Of a DNA stretch of 64,000 bases, positions 34,195 through 48,484 are shown in pieces. The notes below the pieces were generated by a model that worked only from the letters and a program-made list of their open reading frames with translations, searched no databases and was not told the DNA's origin. Source of the stretch: Heterodontus francisci (taxonomy: Eukaryota); the NCBI RefSeq assembly GCF_036365525.1, contig NC_090383.1, positions 120,220,531 to 120,284,530 on the forward strand, given 5' to 3'. How positions within the stretch are numbered: the stretch's first letter is position 1; every line of letters starts with the position of its first letter. The position numbers and the translations under genes were made by a program.

Positions 34195-37100
34195 TCTTCT
34201 TCTTTCTTTCTTTCTTTTGGGCCTCCTTATCTCGAGAGACAATGGATACGCGCCTGGAGGTGGTCAGTGGTTTGTGAAGCAGCGCCTGGAGTGGCTATAA
34301 AGGCCAATTCTGGAGTGACAGGCTCTTCCACAGGTGCTGCAGAGAAATTTGTTTGTTGGGGCTGTTGCACAGTTGGCTCTCCCCTTGCGCCTCTGTCTTT
34401 TTTCCTGCCAACTACTAAGTCTCTTCGACTCGCCACAATTTAGCCCTGTCTTTATGGCTGCCCGCCAGCTCTGGCGAATGCTGGCAACTGACTCCCACGA
34501 CTTGTGATCAATGTCACACGATTTCATGTCACGTTTGCAGACGTCTTTATAACGGAGACATGGACGGCCGGTGGGTCTGATACCAGTGGCGAGCTCGCTG
34601 TACAATGTGTCTTTGGGGATCCTGCCATCTTCCATGCGGCTCACATGGCCAAGCCATCTCAAGCGCCGCTGACTCAGTAGTGTGTATAAGCTGGGGGTGT
34701 TGGCCGCTTCAAGGACTTCTGTGTTGGAGATATAGTCCTGCCACCTGATGCCAAGTATTCTCCGAAGGCAGCGAAGATGGAATGAATTGAGACGTCGCTC
34801 TTGGCTGGCATACGTTGTCCAGGCCTCGCTGCCGTAGAGCAAGGTACTGAGGACACAGGCCTGATACACTCGGACTTTTGTGTTCCGTGTCAGTGCGCCA
34901 TTTTCCCACACTCTCTTGGCCAGTCTGGACATAGCAGTGGAAGCCTTACCCATGCGCTTGTTGATTTCTGCATCTAGAGACAGGTTACTGGTGATAGTTG
35001 AGCCTAGGTAGGTGAACTCTTGAACCACTTCCAGAGCGTGGTCGCCAATATTGATGGATGGAGCATTTCTGACATCCTGCCCCATGATGTTCGTTTTCTT
35101 GAGGCTGATGGTTAGGCCAAATTCATTGCAGGCAGACGCAAACCTGTCGATGAGACTCTGCAGGCATTCTTCAGTGTGAGATGTTAAAGCAGCATCGTCA
35201 GCAAAGAGGAGTTCTCTGATGAGGACTTTCCGTACTTTGGACTTCGCTCTTAGACGGGCAAGGTTGAACAACCTGCCCCCTGATCTTGTGTGGAGGAAAA
35301 TTCCTTCTTCAGAGGATTTGAACGCATGTGAAAGCAGCAGGGAGAAGAAAATCCCAAAAAGTGTGGGTGCGAGAACACAGCCCTGTTTCACACCACTCAG
35401 GATAGGAAAGGGCTCTGATGAGGAGCCACCATGTTGAATTGTGCCTTTCATATTGTCATGGAATGAGGTGATGATACTTAGTAGCTTTGGTGGACATCCG
35501 ATCTTTTCTAGTAGTCTGAAGAGACCACGTCTGCTGACGAGGTCAAAGGCTTTGGTGAGATCAATGAAAGCAATGTAGAGGGGCATCTGTTGTTCACGGC
35601 ATTTCTCCTGTATCTGACGAAGGGAGAACAGCATGTCAATAGTCGATCTCTCTGCACGAAAGCCACACTGTGCCTCAGGGTAGACGCGCTCGGCCAGCTT
35701 CTGGAGCCTGTTCAGAGCGACTCGAGCAAAGACTTTCCCCACTATGCTGAGCAGGGAGATTCCACGGTAGTTGTTGCAGTCACCGCGGTCACCTTTGTTT
35801 TTATAGAGGGTGATGATGTTGGCATCGCGCATGTCCTGGGGTACTGCTCCCTCGTCCCAGCACAGGCATAGCAGTTCATGTAGTGCTGAGAGTATAGCAG
35901 GCTTGGCACTCTTGATTATTTCAGGGGTAATGCTGTCCTTCCCAGGGGCTTTTCCGCTAGCTAGGGAATCAATGGCATCACTGAGTTCCGATTTGGTTGG
36001 CTGTATGTCCAGCTCATCCATGACTGGTAGAGGCTGGGCTGCATTGAGGGCAGTCTCAGTGACAGCATTCTCCCTGGAGTACAGTTCGAGGTAGTGCTCA
36101 ACCCAGCGGTCCATCTGTTTGCGTTGGTCAGTGATTATGTCCCCCGATTTAGATTTGAGGGGGGTGATCTTCTTGATGGTTGGCCCAAGAGCTCTCTTCA
36201 TGCCATCATACATTCCTCTGATGTTTCCGGTGTCTGAGGCCAGCTGAATATGACTGCATAGGTGTTGCCAGTAGTCGTTTGCGCAACGCCTAGCTGTTCT
36301 TTGTGCAGTACTTCTGGCTGCTTTAAGTGCTGCGGATGTTAAATCGCTGGGGGCTTTCTTGTAGTTCAAAAGTGCAATGCGCTTAGCGGCTATGACAGGT
36401 TCCAGCTCTTCATTATGAGATTGAAACCAGTCTGCATTTCTCTTCGCACTTTTGCCGTAGGTGGTCAAAGCTGACTCATAGATGGCGTCTCTGATGTGGG
36501 CCCACTTGGTCTCAGCATCCCCTGTGGGAGTGTTTTGAAGGGCTGTTACAAGTGAATTTAGAAATTTTTGTAACAGCTGTGGGTGAGAAATTCTGCTCGT
36601 GTTGATGCGCGGGTGGCCCTTCTGCTTGGAATGATGCAACTTCTTTGGTCTGAGTCTAACCTTGCTGCACACCAGGGAGTGGTCGGTGTCGCAGTCCGCA
36701 CTGTGGAAGCTGCGTGTGATTTGAACACTGTTTAAGGCGGCTCGCCTTGTGACAATGAGGTCTAGCTGGTGCCAACGACGTGATCTTGGGTGCCTCCATG
36801 AAACCTGGTGACAGGGTTTAGTGTGAAAGAACGAGTTGGTGATGCAGAGGTTATGATAGGTACACAACTCAAGCAGTCTCTGCCCGTTCTCATTCATCCT
36901 TCCAATGCCATAGCGCCCAAGGCAGGAGGGCCATGAGTCATGGTCGGCCCCAACCCTGGCATTAAAGTCCCCCAGCAGGAATAGGTGTTCGGTGTTGGGG
37001 ATGCTGCTAATGATGTTATGGAGTTGTTCATAGAACTGGTCTTTAGCTTCAGGTGCGGAGCAGAGTGTTGGAGCATAGATGCTGAGTAGGTGTACTGGAC

Positions 37101-38571
37101 CAGAGGTGGTGAGCAGTCGGATGGACAGTATGCGTTCCGAGCCATTTGAGGGAGGCTCTATCATGCTGAGCAAGGAGTTTCTGATGGCGAAGCCCACTCC
37201 ATGCTGTCTTGGTTCTTCAGGATCCCTGCCCTGCCAGAAGAGAGCCACTCGCGGGGAGGCGTGTCTCCTGAAGTGCTGCAATGTCCACATTGAATCTACT
37301 GAGCTCGTTGTTAATGATGGCGGTCTGCCGAGAATCGTTGATTTGTGTAAGGTCTTCCGACAGGCCAGGACACATAGTTCTGACGTTCCAGCTTGCAAAG
37401 CGAAGGGCTGGTACCTTCTTTCCTTTTTTCATGTTGTTTGGTGCGGTGTATCAGTCCACCTTTCGGGCAATGACCCTGAGCTCCAAGCACCCATTGAAGC
37501 AGGCAGACTGTGGCGGGACAGAACCTTATTGACCGGGGGCTGCCCGGTTTGAGGCGGGCGGTAGCTGTCCAGTGAGGTGCAATGACCTCTCCCACCGACA
37601 AAGGCAACCCGTGGCGCCCAGTTTCTACGCCAATTTATCTGGACTTATAACCCGTAACTGCTGCCTTCCGTGTTGTTTTAGTCGCTGTGAGGCAACTATG
37701 GAGTGACCTCTCCATGGCGCATGCCTGGGCAAATTTATGGAGGTTGAGAGTTGCCCAGTCGTCAAAACCCCCCTCTCGGCCTTTCTGGTGGGGTCCAAAG
37801 GAGTGCAGGACACGACGTTTGGCACCAGTATGGCTGCAGGAACTGCCGGAAACATGCCAAAGGTGACACATGACCGCCTACGGGGTTCCGCTCCGGATTT
37901 TCTGTTAGGGTTTACTCCCTTAGCCTTGGTCTCTCCCGAGACGCCCACAAGGCAGTGGGGTTGTTGGGGCCCCTACACAGGTGTAGGATGGTGCCGGTGG
38001 GAGGAGGGGATGCAAGGGGGAGGGGTAGAGGGAGGGGGTGGGGGGGGGTGCAGGGGAAGGGGGTGCGGGGTGAAGATGGTGCGAGGGGGGGGCGGGCTGG
38101 GACGGGGTAAGCTGAGAGGGTGGAGCAGGGAAGGGGACGGGGGTGGGGGGGGGTGAAGGGGGGTAAGGGGGGGGAGGGGGGGTGGAATCTGGTGCAGGTA
38201 ATAAGCCATTTCCTCAGTGCCCACCATCGACGTCCGGAAAGCTCATCCACGTCCTTCGGGAGGTGAAGCATCATTTGGCAGACTTAGAGGTGATTACATT
38301 TGCTAAGGGTTTTTTTTTCTGCAGTGGTTTAAATAAAGGCATGCAGCATTGCCGACAGTGCGCTGCAGATGCTCTCAGAGCCATCTCCCGCGGGCGCTTT
38401 GAAGTTGCGGCCGGGGGGGCCGTTCGTGGATGTTTTGGGTGTTCGGGGCACCTTTTCACAGGACTTCTCTCGGGTCCCGCAGCTCCTTCTTCACCTCAAT
38501 GGACTTACCGCATGCCGTGGCTGCAGACACTCTGGACTGTGAAGACAGCAGGATCGGAGATTGAAGTATCC
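34195..38571 (-). mobile_element. Full-length RTE-clade LINE with frameshifted ORF
   Basis: 11-bp TSD TAGGAACGTGT (34184-34194, 38572-38582), (AAAG/AAG)n tail, and APE and RT motifs. Confidence 0.92.
34264..37432 (-). pseudogene. RTE EN-RT ORF, broken by a frameshift near 37243
   Basis: The true N-terminus (MKKGKK..ASWNVRTM..ALQETRLPASG, from 37432) is in a different frame from the FWQG..GDFNARVG..FADD..CSTC body. Confidence 0.85.
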
Positions 38572-41500
38572 TAGGAACGTGTACAATTATCATATTTGGT
38601 GCTGTTTGATTTTGGTACTCAGACTGACCAGCCAGATTCAGTAAGACATTCTCAGAATGCTGAGCTCAACTCCTAGGGTAGGACAGTGGTGAATCTGCCC
38701 CTACAGTAGGACACAGCCTTCTTCCTCTTCTCCGCTCTCCAATCTATCTACATTGTGTTATTGTATATGTATTGCACAGTGACTCATTGGTTTTCTAACT
38801 GTCTTAAGTATAGTGTAGTGTGATCTGGTAAAGATACGCAGCCACATTCATCCGAGAAGGCCCAGACGTCTCTACTCCACTTCTCTGCACTGCTGCTCCT
38901 CCCATCTGGAGGCCACTTTGTCACTTTGCCACATTTTAAGCTTCAGCGGTGAATCTGTCAAATTTTACAGTCACCAAGTGGTAGCATGGATGTAGAAGAA
39001 AGAGAATGTGAATGTTGAATATTCATACTAATTAATAATTTTCTTTGGTCGCTGAATGCTGGTTGATGAGAGTGGAGGAAGACAGCGAGTGATGTTTGCT
39101 CTCAGTTACCAGAAAATCCATAGTGAAGATAGAATTCGTGGGGCCTCCACTATGTGGGATATAATGGCCCAGCAATCACTGGACAATCTAACAAATGGGA
39201 CATGCCATGAGATGCTCCACTCTGGCAAATGTTGGCCCATTAATCATAGTGAACAGTAAGTATCATTCACTGGAAGCTGTTCTGTATTGAAGCTGTGGGA
39301 AAGGCTCCTTGCCAGAACACCCTGTCCTTTCATCTCCTCCTCCTCCTCCTCTTCATCCCCACAGCACTCCTCATTGTCCAGTTGCTTATCCCTTTCGCAA
39401 AACTGGGCATTGTACAGCTGACAGGAATGATTTTACATGTCTTTGAGGTCCTGTAGAGCTGTAACCCACCCAAGTGTTTCAGGCAATGGAGTCACTATTT
39501 CAGCATCCTATTAATGTGCTTCATAGTAACTCAGCTAGTGGCAAGGGCCAGCTATGACGGTGTTTCCTTTCAGTGGGTGTACAGAATTGCTCTGGTTTCT
39601 CATGAAGTATCCTTCATTTTCTTGGTTCCTTTTCAGTGTAGACACTGGGCTGCTGCAGAATTAAAGCAACATGGGTGCTTCCAGATAATGAGTGCAGGTT
39701 ATTACTGTAGTTTGAAACTATTTACATATTAACATAGTGGCCGCTCTGTTCATGTATGATGTGGGGTTGTTATGAGGAACCTAACGGCGGAGTGTATCTG
39801 TCTGTGGTTCTCAGGTACTCGAGAAGCTGGACAAGTGGTCAAAGTTCTGAGCTCCTTCCATTCCATTGGGAAATTGATAACAAAAAAGAACTTGCATTTA
39901 TATAGCAACTTGAACAACCTCAGGATGTCCCAAAGTACATCACAGAAAATTAAGTAGTTTTGAGGTGTAGTCACTGTTGTAATGTAGGGAACTGTGACAA
40001 TCAGTTTCTGCTCAGCAAGCTCCCACAAACAGCAGTGAGAGAAATGATTAAATTATCTGTTTTCAGTCATGTTGGTTAAAGGATAAATGTTGAACAAGAC
40101 ACTGGAAGAACTTCCCTTCTCTTTTTAGAAAATGTCATGCGATCCTTACTGTCGACTTGAAAGGGTAGATGGGTCCTCAGTTTAATAGCCAGAATTTTAC
40201 GCCACTCCAGCGAGCCGGATGGTGATCTGGGGATGGCATAAAATTTAACAGGAGGCTGCGTGAGATCTTCCCAACCCCTTCCCAACCCCAGCCCACTTTA
40301 GAAGGGCAGGGTGGCAGGCAGAAAACGGGCCACCCACTCCAGGCCAATCAAGGCCCTTAAGCGACTACTTAAAGGCCACTTAAGGGCCTTCGCTCCGCCT
40401 CCACGGGTATTTTACCCATGGAGAGTGGGCGTGCTGGAGATGTGAAGGGCCACCCAGTGAGAGCTGCCGGCCTACCCGCCCCCTGTGGGGGTGCCCTGGC
40501 AATTGGGAACAGGGAGTCCTATTGAGGGCCGCCTTCACCTCCCAACCCACCCCGGGACCCAAGATGTCACCCTTCCCCCCAAACGACCACCCTTGCCTCG
40601 CCGGGGCATGACCGATTGGGCAACCCAAACCCACCTGCAGTTCTGGCTCCATGTCGTAGGCTGGGCTGCAGTCCAGCAGTGGCCACCACTTCCGGTGGCG
40701 CTGTTGGGACTAAGAGTTGCCGGCCTGATGATTGATGGTCAGCTCAGTGAGGCGGGTGGAAGTCCTGACACGGGACAATTAAAGCCCGGGGACCCGTAAA
40801 ATGTGGGACGGATCCCCGGGCTAGGTAGACGTGGGTTCGACATCGACTTTTACTTCCTTCCGCCAGACATAAAATCCAGCTCTATATCTCAACCAATATC
40901 TTCTGTAAATCTCTGGAACGGGATTTGAACCTTCAGACAGAGGTGAGAGTGCTGCCACTGAGTCAAAGATAATAAGTGACAACCTCTGACAAACATGACC
41001 TTACTCACTTGCTTCATGCAGGAATAAACTGTGATTGTCTTATCGGGCCCCCTTGATTTCCGCTTTGATAGCCTGGAAGGCTTCAGTGGTGTAATAGCTT
41101 AATGCTGCAGTGATCTTTACTTTCATGAGGAACTTGATGTTGTGTATAATTCAGGTGCAGCAGATGTACAGTCAGTGTTTTGGAGTGGAGGTGATGAACA
41201 CACTGTCGGTTATGCCTAGGTAGGAGTGTTGTGCTATATAAGTGTAGTCCTGGGGGTAACAGCGGGTGTGTCGTTAGGAACAGCACAAGCTTTTACAGAT
41301 AATCGGACCATTGAGGCATTGTGGATTTCTGTAGCAATTTGTCACGTTAAATGGAAATGTAACTCACAAATCACTGTGCAAAAAGACAGCACTGGGGAGC
41401 AGAAAATCTCTGCAAAAGATATAACTTTGAGATGCAGCTTAAACAATAACAAAAACTACCTACATTTATTTAGCACCTTTAAAATAATCAAACGTCACAA

Positions 41501-41891
41501 GACACTTCAGAGGACCATTATAAAACAAAGTATGAAACTGAGTCACGAATGGAGATATTGGGCTGAATTTTATGATTGTGCAGCAAATCGTGGTGGCATG
41601 TTTACATATCAATGGTTCGCCCACATGAAGCTGCCGTCACTGAGACCCCCGCAATATTTCACGCAGGGGCTCATTTAAATGTGGGGGTGGAGTGGCCATC
41701 CCTGATGACATAGAGGGAGCAGCCGTTCGGTCCCTGGCAATGTGTCCGGCACCACCACACAGGCACCAGTGCCATTTTTAAAGGGCTTCAAGCCCTTCAG
41801 TTATATTTACATTTTTAAAGGTACCGCTTTGAAAACAATTTCAAAGAAGTTCAATTTCGCTTTCAATCCCCTCATCCACTCCCCCACTGAG

Positions 41892-42388
41892 TCTTCTTCT
41901 TCTTCGGCCTCCTTGTCTCGAGAGACAATGGGTAAGCGCCTAGAGGTGGTCAGTGGTTTGTGGAGCAGCGCCTGGAGTGGCTATAAAGGCCAATTCTAGA
42001 GTGACAGACTCTTCCACAGGTACTGCAGAAGGTATTGTTTGTCGGGGCTGTTACACAGTTGGTTCTCCCCTTGCGCCTCTGTCTTTTTTCCTGACAACTA
42101 CTAAGTCTCTTCGACTCGCCACACTTTAGCCCCGTCTTTATGGCTGTCCGCCAACTCTGGCGAACGCTGGCAACTGACTCCCACGACTTGTGATCAATGT
42201 CACAGGACTTCATGTCGCGTTTGCAGACATCTTTAAAGCGGAGACATGGACGGCCGGTGGGTCTGATACCAGTGGCGAGCTCGCTGTACAATGTGTCTTT
42301 GGGGAACCTGCCATCTTCTATGCGGCTCACATGGCCAAGCCATCTCAAGCGCCGCAGACTCAGTAGTGTGTATAAGCTGGGGATGTAT
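41892..42388 (-). mobile_element. 5'-truncated RTE copy
   Basis: Near-identical to the 3' end of the 34195-38571 element, with a (GAA)n tail. Confidence 0.88.
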
Positions 42389-42587
42389 GCAATAAATAAA
42401 TTGACCTATCCCCCCCAGAAAAAGACTTTTTGAAATTCCGAACCTTCCCCTCCGAACTTCAGCATTTTTGACCCTCAACCCCTTCTCACCATCCCCACAA
42501 CCAATAGAAATATTTTTCCTTGCTCCCCGCACTCATGTCCTGAAAACTTCACTCCTCACCCCTCCCCACCAGTGTTACACCTCAGAT

Positions 42588-43048
42588 TAGAGTCCTGCTT
42601 TAGGTCAGGAAAAAGAACTCGACCTGAACCTGACCGAACCACAGCAGACCCGAGCCCGACCCGGCCCGAGTCCCTCCGATTTTGCCCCAAGCCCCACCCG
42701 ACCCAAACCCTCCCCCACCATCCACCGACTCAACCCGACCATCCCTTTACTGACCTTCTGACTGGCAAGCTCCACAAAGCTGCAGCGCATGCGTGATGAC
42801 GTCACAGTGACATCACTCGCTCACTGCGCAGACTCAGTTTCGTCCGGGACTCCCAGCAATAGGTAAGTTTTTTAAATTTCAGTGCTTACCGGCAGAGCAC
42901 CTACCGTGTGTGACCGGTCTGACCTGACCCAGCTCGACCTGGATTTGGCCCAACCTGACCCGACCGAGAAAGCCAGTCCCAGAAGATGGGCCAGACCCAA
43001 CCCATGTAATCAGGTCCCGTCGGGTCCGGGTCGGTTAGCAGGCCTCTA
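42588..43048. mobile_element. hAT-like non-autonomous DNA transposon
   Basis: TIRs TAGAGTCCTGCT / AGCAGGCCTCTA (11/12 match), subterminal CCCGA-type repeats and degenerate 8-bp flanks cctcagat / ccatggat. Confidence 0.6.
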
Positions 43049-43103
43049 CCATGGATCTCGCACTAGAGATCTGACGGTGCAGGAAATATGGCCGCCGGCC
43101 AGA

Positions 43104-45310
43104 TTAGAATTAGAATTAGAACATTACAGCGCGGTACAGGCCCTTCGGCCCTCGATGTTGCACCGACCTGTGAAACCATCTGACCTACACTATTCCATTT
43201 TCATCCATATGTCTATCCAATGACCACTTAAATGCCCTGAAAGTTGGCGAGTCTACTACTGTTGCAGGCAGGGCGTTCCACGCCCCTACTACTCTCTGTG
43301 TAAAGAAACTACCTCTAACATCTGTCCTATATCTATCACCCCTCAACTTAAAGCTATGTCCCCTCGTGTTTGCCATCACCATCCGAGGAAAATGAGTCTC
43401 ACTATCCACCCTATCTAACCCTCTGATTATCTTGTATGTCTCTATTAAGTCACCTCTCCTCCTCCTTCTCTCCAATGAAAACAACCTCAAGTCCCTCAGC
43501 CTTTCCTCGCAAGACCTTCCCTCCATACCAGGCAACATCCCAGTAAATCTCCTCTGCACCCTTTCTATAGCTTCCACATCCTTCCTATAATGCGGTGACC
43601 AGAACTGCACGCAATACTCCAGGTGCGGCCGCACCAGAGCTCTGTACAGCTGCAGCATCACCTTGTGTCTCCGAAACTCGATCCCCCTACTAATAAAAGC
43701 TAACACACCATATGCCTTCTTAACAGCCCTATTAACCTGGGTAGCAACCTTCAGTGATTTATGCACCTGGACACCAAGATCTCTCTGTTCATCTACACTA
43801 GCAAGAATCTTCCCATTAGCCCAGTACTCTGCATTCCTGTTACTCCTTCCAAAGTGAATCACCTCACACTTTTCCGCATTAAACTCCATTTGTCATCTCT
43901 CAGCCCAGCTCTGCAGCCTATCTATGTCCCTCTGTACCCTGCAACATCCTTCGGCACTATCCACAACTCCACCGACCTTCGTGTCATCTGCAAATTTACT
44001 AACCCACCCTTCTACACCCTCTTCCAGGTCATTTATAAAAATGACAAACAGCAGTGGCCCCAAAACAGATCCTTGCGGTACACCACTAGTAACTAAACTC
44101 CAGGATGAACATTTGCCATCAACCACCACCCTCTGTCTTCTTTCAGCTAGCCAATTTCTGATCCAAAGCTCTAAATCACCTTCAACCCCATACTTCCGTA
44201 TTTTCTGCAATAGCCTACCGTGGGGAACCTTATCAAACACCTTACTGAAATCCATATACACCACATCCACGGCTTTACCCTCATCCACCTGTTTGGTCAC
44301 CTTCTCGAAAAACTCAATAAGGTTTGTGAGGCACGACCTACCCTTCACAAAACCGTGCTGACTATCTCTAATGAACTTATTCTTTTCAAGATGATTATAA
44401 ATCCTGTCTCTTATAACCTTTTCCAACATTTTACCCACAACCGAAGTAAGGCTCACAGGTCTATAATTACCAGGGCTGTCTCTACTCCCCTTCTTGAACA
44501 AGGGGACAACATTTGCTATCCTCCAGTCTTCCGGCACTATTCCGGTCGACAATGACGACATAAAGATCAAGGACAAAGGCTCTGCAATCTCCTTCCTAGC
44601 TTCCCAGAGAATCCTAGGATAAATCCCATCTGGCCCAGGGGACTTATCTATTTTCACACTTTCCAAAATTGATAACACCTCCTCCTTGTGAACCTCAATC
44701 CCATCTAGCCTAGTAGCCTGAATCTCGGTATTCTCCTCGACAACATTTTCTTTCTCTATTGTAAATACTGACGCAAAATATTCATTTAACACTTCCCCTA
44801 CCTCCTCTGATTCCACACACAACTTCCCACTACTATCCTTGATTGGCCCTAATCTAACTCTAGTCATTCTTTTATTCCTGATATACCTATAGAAAGCCTT
44901 AGGGTTTTCCCTGATCCTATCCGCCAATGACTTCTCGTGTCATCTCCTTGCTCTTCTTAGCTCTCCCTTTAGATCCTTCCTGGCTAGCTTGTAACTCTCA
45001 AGCGCCCTAACTGAGCCTTCACGTCTCATCCTAACATAAGCCTTCTTCTTCCTCTTGACAAGCGCTTCAACTTCTTTAGTAAACCACGGCTCCCTCGCTC
45101 GACAACTTCCTCCCTGCCTGACAGGTACATACTTATCAAGGACACGCAGTAGCTGCTCCTTGAATAAGCTCCACATTTCGATTGTGCCCATCCCTGCAGT
45201 TTCCTTCCCCATCCTACGCATCCTAAATCTTGCCTAATCGCATCATAATTTCCTTTCACCCAGCTATAATTTTTGTCCTGCGGTATATACCTGTCCCTGC
45301 CCATCGCTAT
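43104..45310 (-). mobile_element. 5'-truncated CR1 with two nonsense mutations in RT
   Basis: ORFs 44940-45221, 43893-44927 and 43185-43889 share one frame; (TTCTAA)n tail. Confidence 0.9.
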
Positions 45311-46040
45311 CGGTGTGGGATGGCCGTTGGGACAAGCTTTTGCATGCATTTAAAATTATTTTAATATTTAAATGAAGGATATGCCGCTGAGAGGCAATGG
45401 GCCACACTGAGGCCTCTGGTAATATGGGCGGGACCTTCTCGCCGTCAAGGCCCGTGGCGGGCCTCTCCCACAAGTATTTTACAGGCACCGCCCCCCCACC
45501 ACAATCCCAGCCTCGAGGAGCTGGTAAATTTAAGCCCATTTGATATGACTGAAAGCTTGGTCAAAGAGGTAGGTTTTAGGGAGTGTCTTAAAGGAGGAAA
45601 GTGATGTGGTGAGGCAGAGAGATGTAGGGAGGGAGTTCCAGAGCTTGGCACCGAGGCAACTGAATGCACGGCCACCAATGGTGGAGCGATTAAAATTAGG
45701 AATGCTCAAGAGCCCAGAATTAGTGGAGCAGAGATATCTTGGAGAGTTGTGGAGCTGGAAGAGATTACAGAGATAGGGAGGGGCAAGACATGGAGGGATT
45801 TGAAAACAAGGAAAAGAATAAAAACAGTAAAATTAACATGACATTGACAAGTCTAATCAGAAATATTATATATAAGTTGCATGCTGAACAATGAGAATGA
45901 ATGGTAATTAAGATTATTTATAAACAGTTTTCATTTACCACAGCAATTTGTGATATTTATTCGAATCTGTACTTCAATAAATTCATGTGCAAGAGGTTAT
46001 TCCCTTTTATTTGGGCTAATATAATGTAGCTTGTACTTAC

Positions 46041-46385
46041 TGGTTACATTCAGCTGGGTTCCATTCCCACTGATATCTCCCCACACTTTACAGTAATAGA
46101 CGGCAGTGTCATTGGGCTGCACGTTTGTGATTGTCAGAATGAAGCTGTTATTGGAGGTGTCTCTGGAAGACTGGAAACGGTCAGTGAAACCTGGGCTCCG
46201 TCGTGTGCTGTTCATTATATCATGTGTTAAAATCCACTCCATATCTTGTCCTGGGAGCTCCCGGTACCAGTGAACATCAGTGTCTCTCACTGCGGTGTTC
46301 GACATGGTGCACTGTAACCGCGCTGTGTGATCCTTTGTGACACGTTGCAGGATCGGAGACTGGATAAGAACTGGGACATCTGCAC
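46041..46385 (-). CDS. Exon 3: germline-joined VJ-type Ig V-set domain (V2), TCRgamma/IgL-like
   Basis: Acceptor ttttttgcttaaAG, 345 nt, phase 1-1, GTAAGT donor. Translation ADVPVLIQSP..RLQC..HWYRELPGQDMEWI..DRFQSSRD..DTAVYYCKVWGDISGNGTQLNVT. Confidence 0.95.
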
Positions 46386-48484
46386 CTTTAAGCAAAAAAG
46401 AAATCAATAAATTAAAAACCACTGTAAAGGTTGCAGAATATCCCTGGTATTTAAAGAGACAGACCAGGCAGTATCAGTTAGGTTGAACAGATTGTAAGAC
46501 TGAACCAGGGGAGTTATTCTATTTTTGATTCAGATCCAAATGGTGACAAGACTGTTTTGTGATCCCTGCCTTTTATCTGAATGAGTTCACCAACAGAAGA
46601 GCAAGCCCTTGATTCTAATCAATCCTCAATGATGATTGGAGAGTGACGATTGAGCTGCCCCAATAGCTCAATAAATCATTGCAAGTTCCAGATCCCACCA
46701 ATCTGGTACAGGGATTCAAAATGTATACACAGGACTGCAAAGCATGTGGAACAATTTGTAGCAAGAGTTAGCACATTCTAGAGAGGACGGGAAGGATTGG
46801 GAAAGAAAAGTATCACAGAAAATTCCAGGAGATGAAATTCATTGGACATCTGTTGCTTCATTCACAGTGTGATTAGTGAGCTGTGACTGATTGCTTTGAA
46901 ATCGAGGTAGACTTTTCCACATGACCCCTGTGCTGTGTTGGAGAGAGAACACACTGCTACCAGGAGAGGAGAAAGTGACTGTGCTGGAACACCAGCAGAG
47001 AGGCAACTGAAAAGAGAGACAGGAGAGACCCAAAGATTTAAGGGTTTCAATCTTTAGGCCTTGTATTGAGCAAATGCTTAACCAAGATAGGTTTTTGAAA
47101 CCGGAGGAGAGGGCGAGGTGTCTATCATTGGGCCTTCACCCCTCCAAAAAGTGGCATAAACAGGCCCTTTGCCACTCCCAATTACAACCAACATCTTTCC
47201 GATTTCTGATGGTAAAACAGAGGAAAATCCAGCTCTTCAATTCTTCTGTTTCTTTTCAGGAAATGCTTCACTGGACTCTATCCATCCATTTCATCTCCTG
47301 AGTAGTAGGTGCGCTCCCTGACATTTAAAGTTATTGATAAAGTAGTGGAGAGGGTTGATGAAGATAGTGCAGTTGATATTGTGTATTAGGACAAGCAAAC
47401 ACCTGTTAAAACTTTATAACACACTGGTTAGTTCCCAGCTGGAGTATTGTGACCAATTCTCGGCACCGTGCTCAGGAAGAATATCAAGGCCTTGGAGAGA
47501 ATGCTGAACAGATTTACTAGGATGGTACCGGGGATGCTGACCTTCTGTTACATGCAGAGACTGGAGAAGCTGAGGTTGTTCTCCTGAGAATAGGGACAGT
47601 TAAGGGAAGACATAACAGTGGTGTTCAAAATCACGAGGGTTTTTGATAGAATAAGGAGAAATTGTTTCCACTTTCAGGAATAAGAACAGTAAATGCTGGA
47701 AATATTCAGCAGGTCTGGCAGCATCTGTCGAGAGAGATGCAGAGTTAACGTTTCAGTTTGATGACCCTTCATCAGAACTGGCAGGAGGGTCAGTAACCAG
47801 TGGTTGCAGATTAAAGTTAATTGACAAAAGAAGCAGGAGAGGCCGATGAGAATTTTTTGGCACAGCGTGTTGTGATGATCTGGAATGCACTTCCTGAAAG
47901 GTTATGAAGCAGATTCAATAGTAATATTGAAAAGGAAATTGAATATATATTTGAAAAGGAGAATATTGCAGTGTTTCGGGGAGTTGGACTAATTGAACAG
48001 CTCTTTCAAAGAGCTGCCACTGGTACAGGTACAATGGGCTTTTAATGGTCTCCTTCTGTGCATTCTGATTCCGTCATGGAAACTTGTGAAAGGAGACTGG
48101 GGAGGGGAGATCGGGATGGAAGGAAGAGCAGCTACAGGCCACATATTGGCAGATGTTCCTTTAATACTTGCAATTTGAGTGAAAATTGAAAACATGGAAA
48201 ACATTCAGTTTGTGGGATTCCAGCAGCGGTAACACTGGGCCTGGTACTGGGGCAGATTTAATTCACTGCACTAACTCACCGCATCCTGCAGAGACTACAA
48301 CCCCCTCACATCACACACCGGCCTGCTCTCTGTGCAAGACTACGTTGATCCATTCTGGATTACACCATGGCACCTTGCAGGTTATAAAGCTGCCAGTTTG
48401 GTGGCTGTCTCGGCTGTTACTCTGACTGATTTGTCCAGCCTGACATCCTGGATTCGTTATTCCGAGTACAGAGTTGTGAATAGA

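Larger units (their letters stand above)
41560..45537. mobile_element. Harbinger-type MITE carrying nested RTE, hAT-like and CR1 inserts
   Basis: TIRs GGGCTGAATTTTAT / GTAAATTTAAGCCC with ATT TSD (41557-41559, 45538-45540). Confidence 0.65.

Noticed and set aside
34264-37398. Intact 1044-aa RTE ORF
   Set aside because: The first ~50 aa are off-frame. The real endonuclease N-terminus is in another frame.
48280-48285. Possible 6-nt micro-exon (cag/GATGCG/gtgagt) between V1 and V2
   Set aside because: The polypyrimidine tract is weak and I cannot support it without RNA data.
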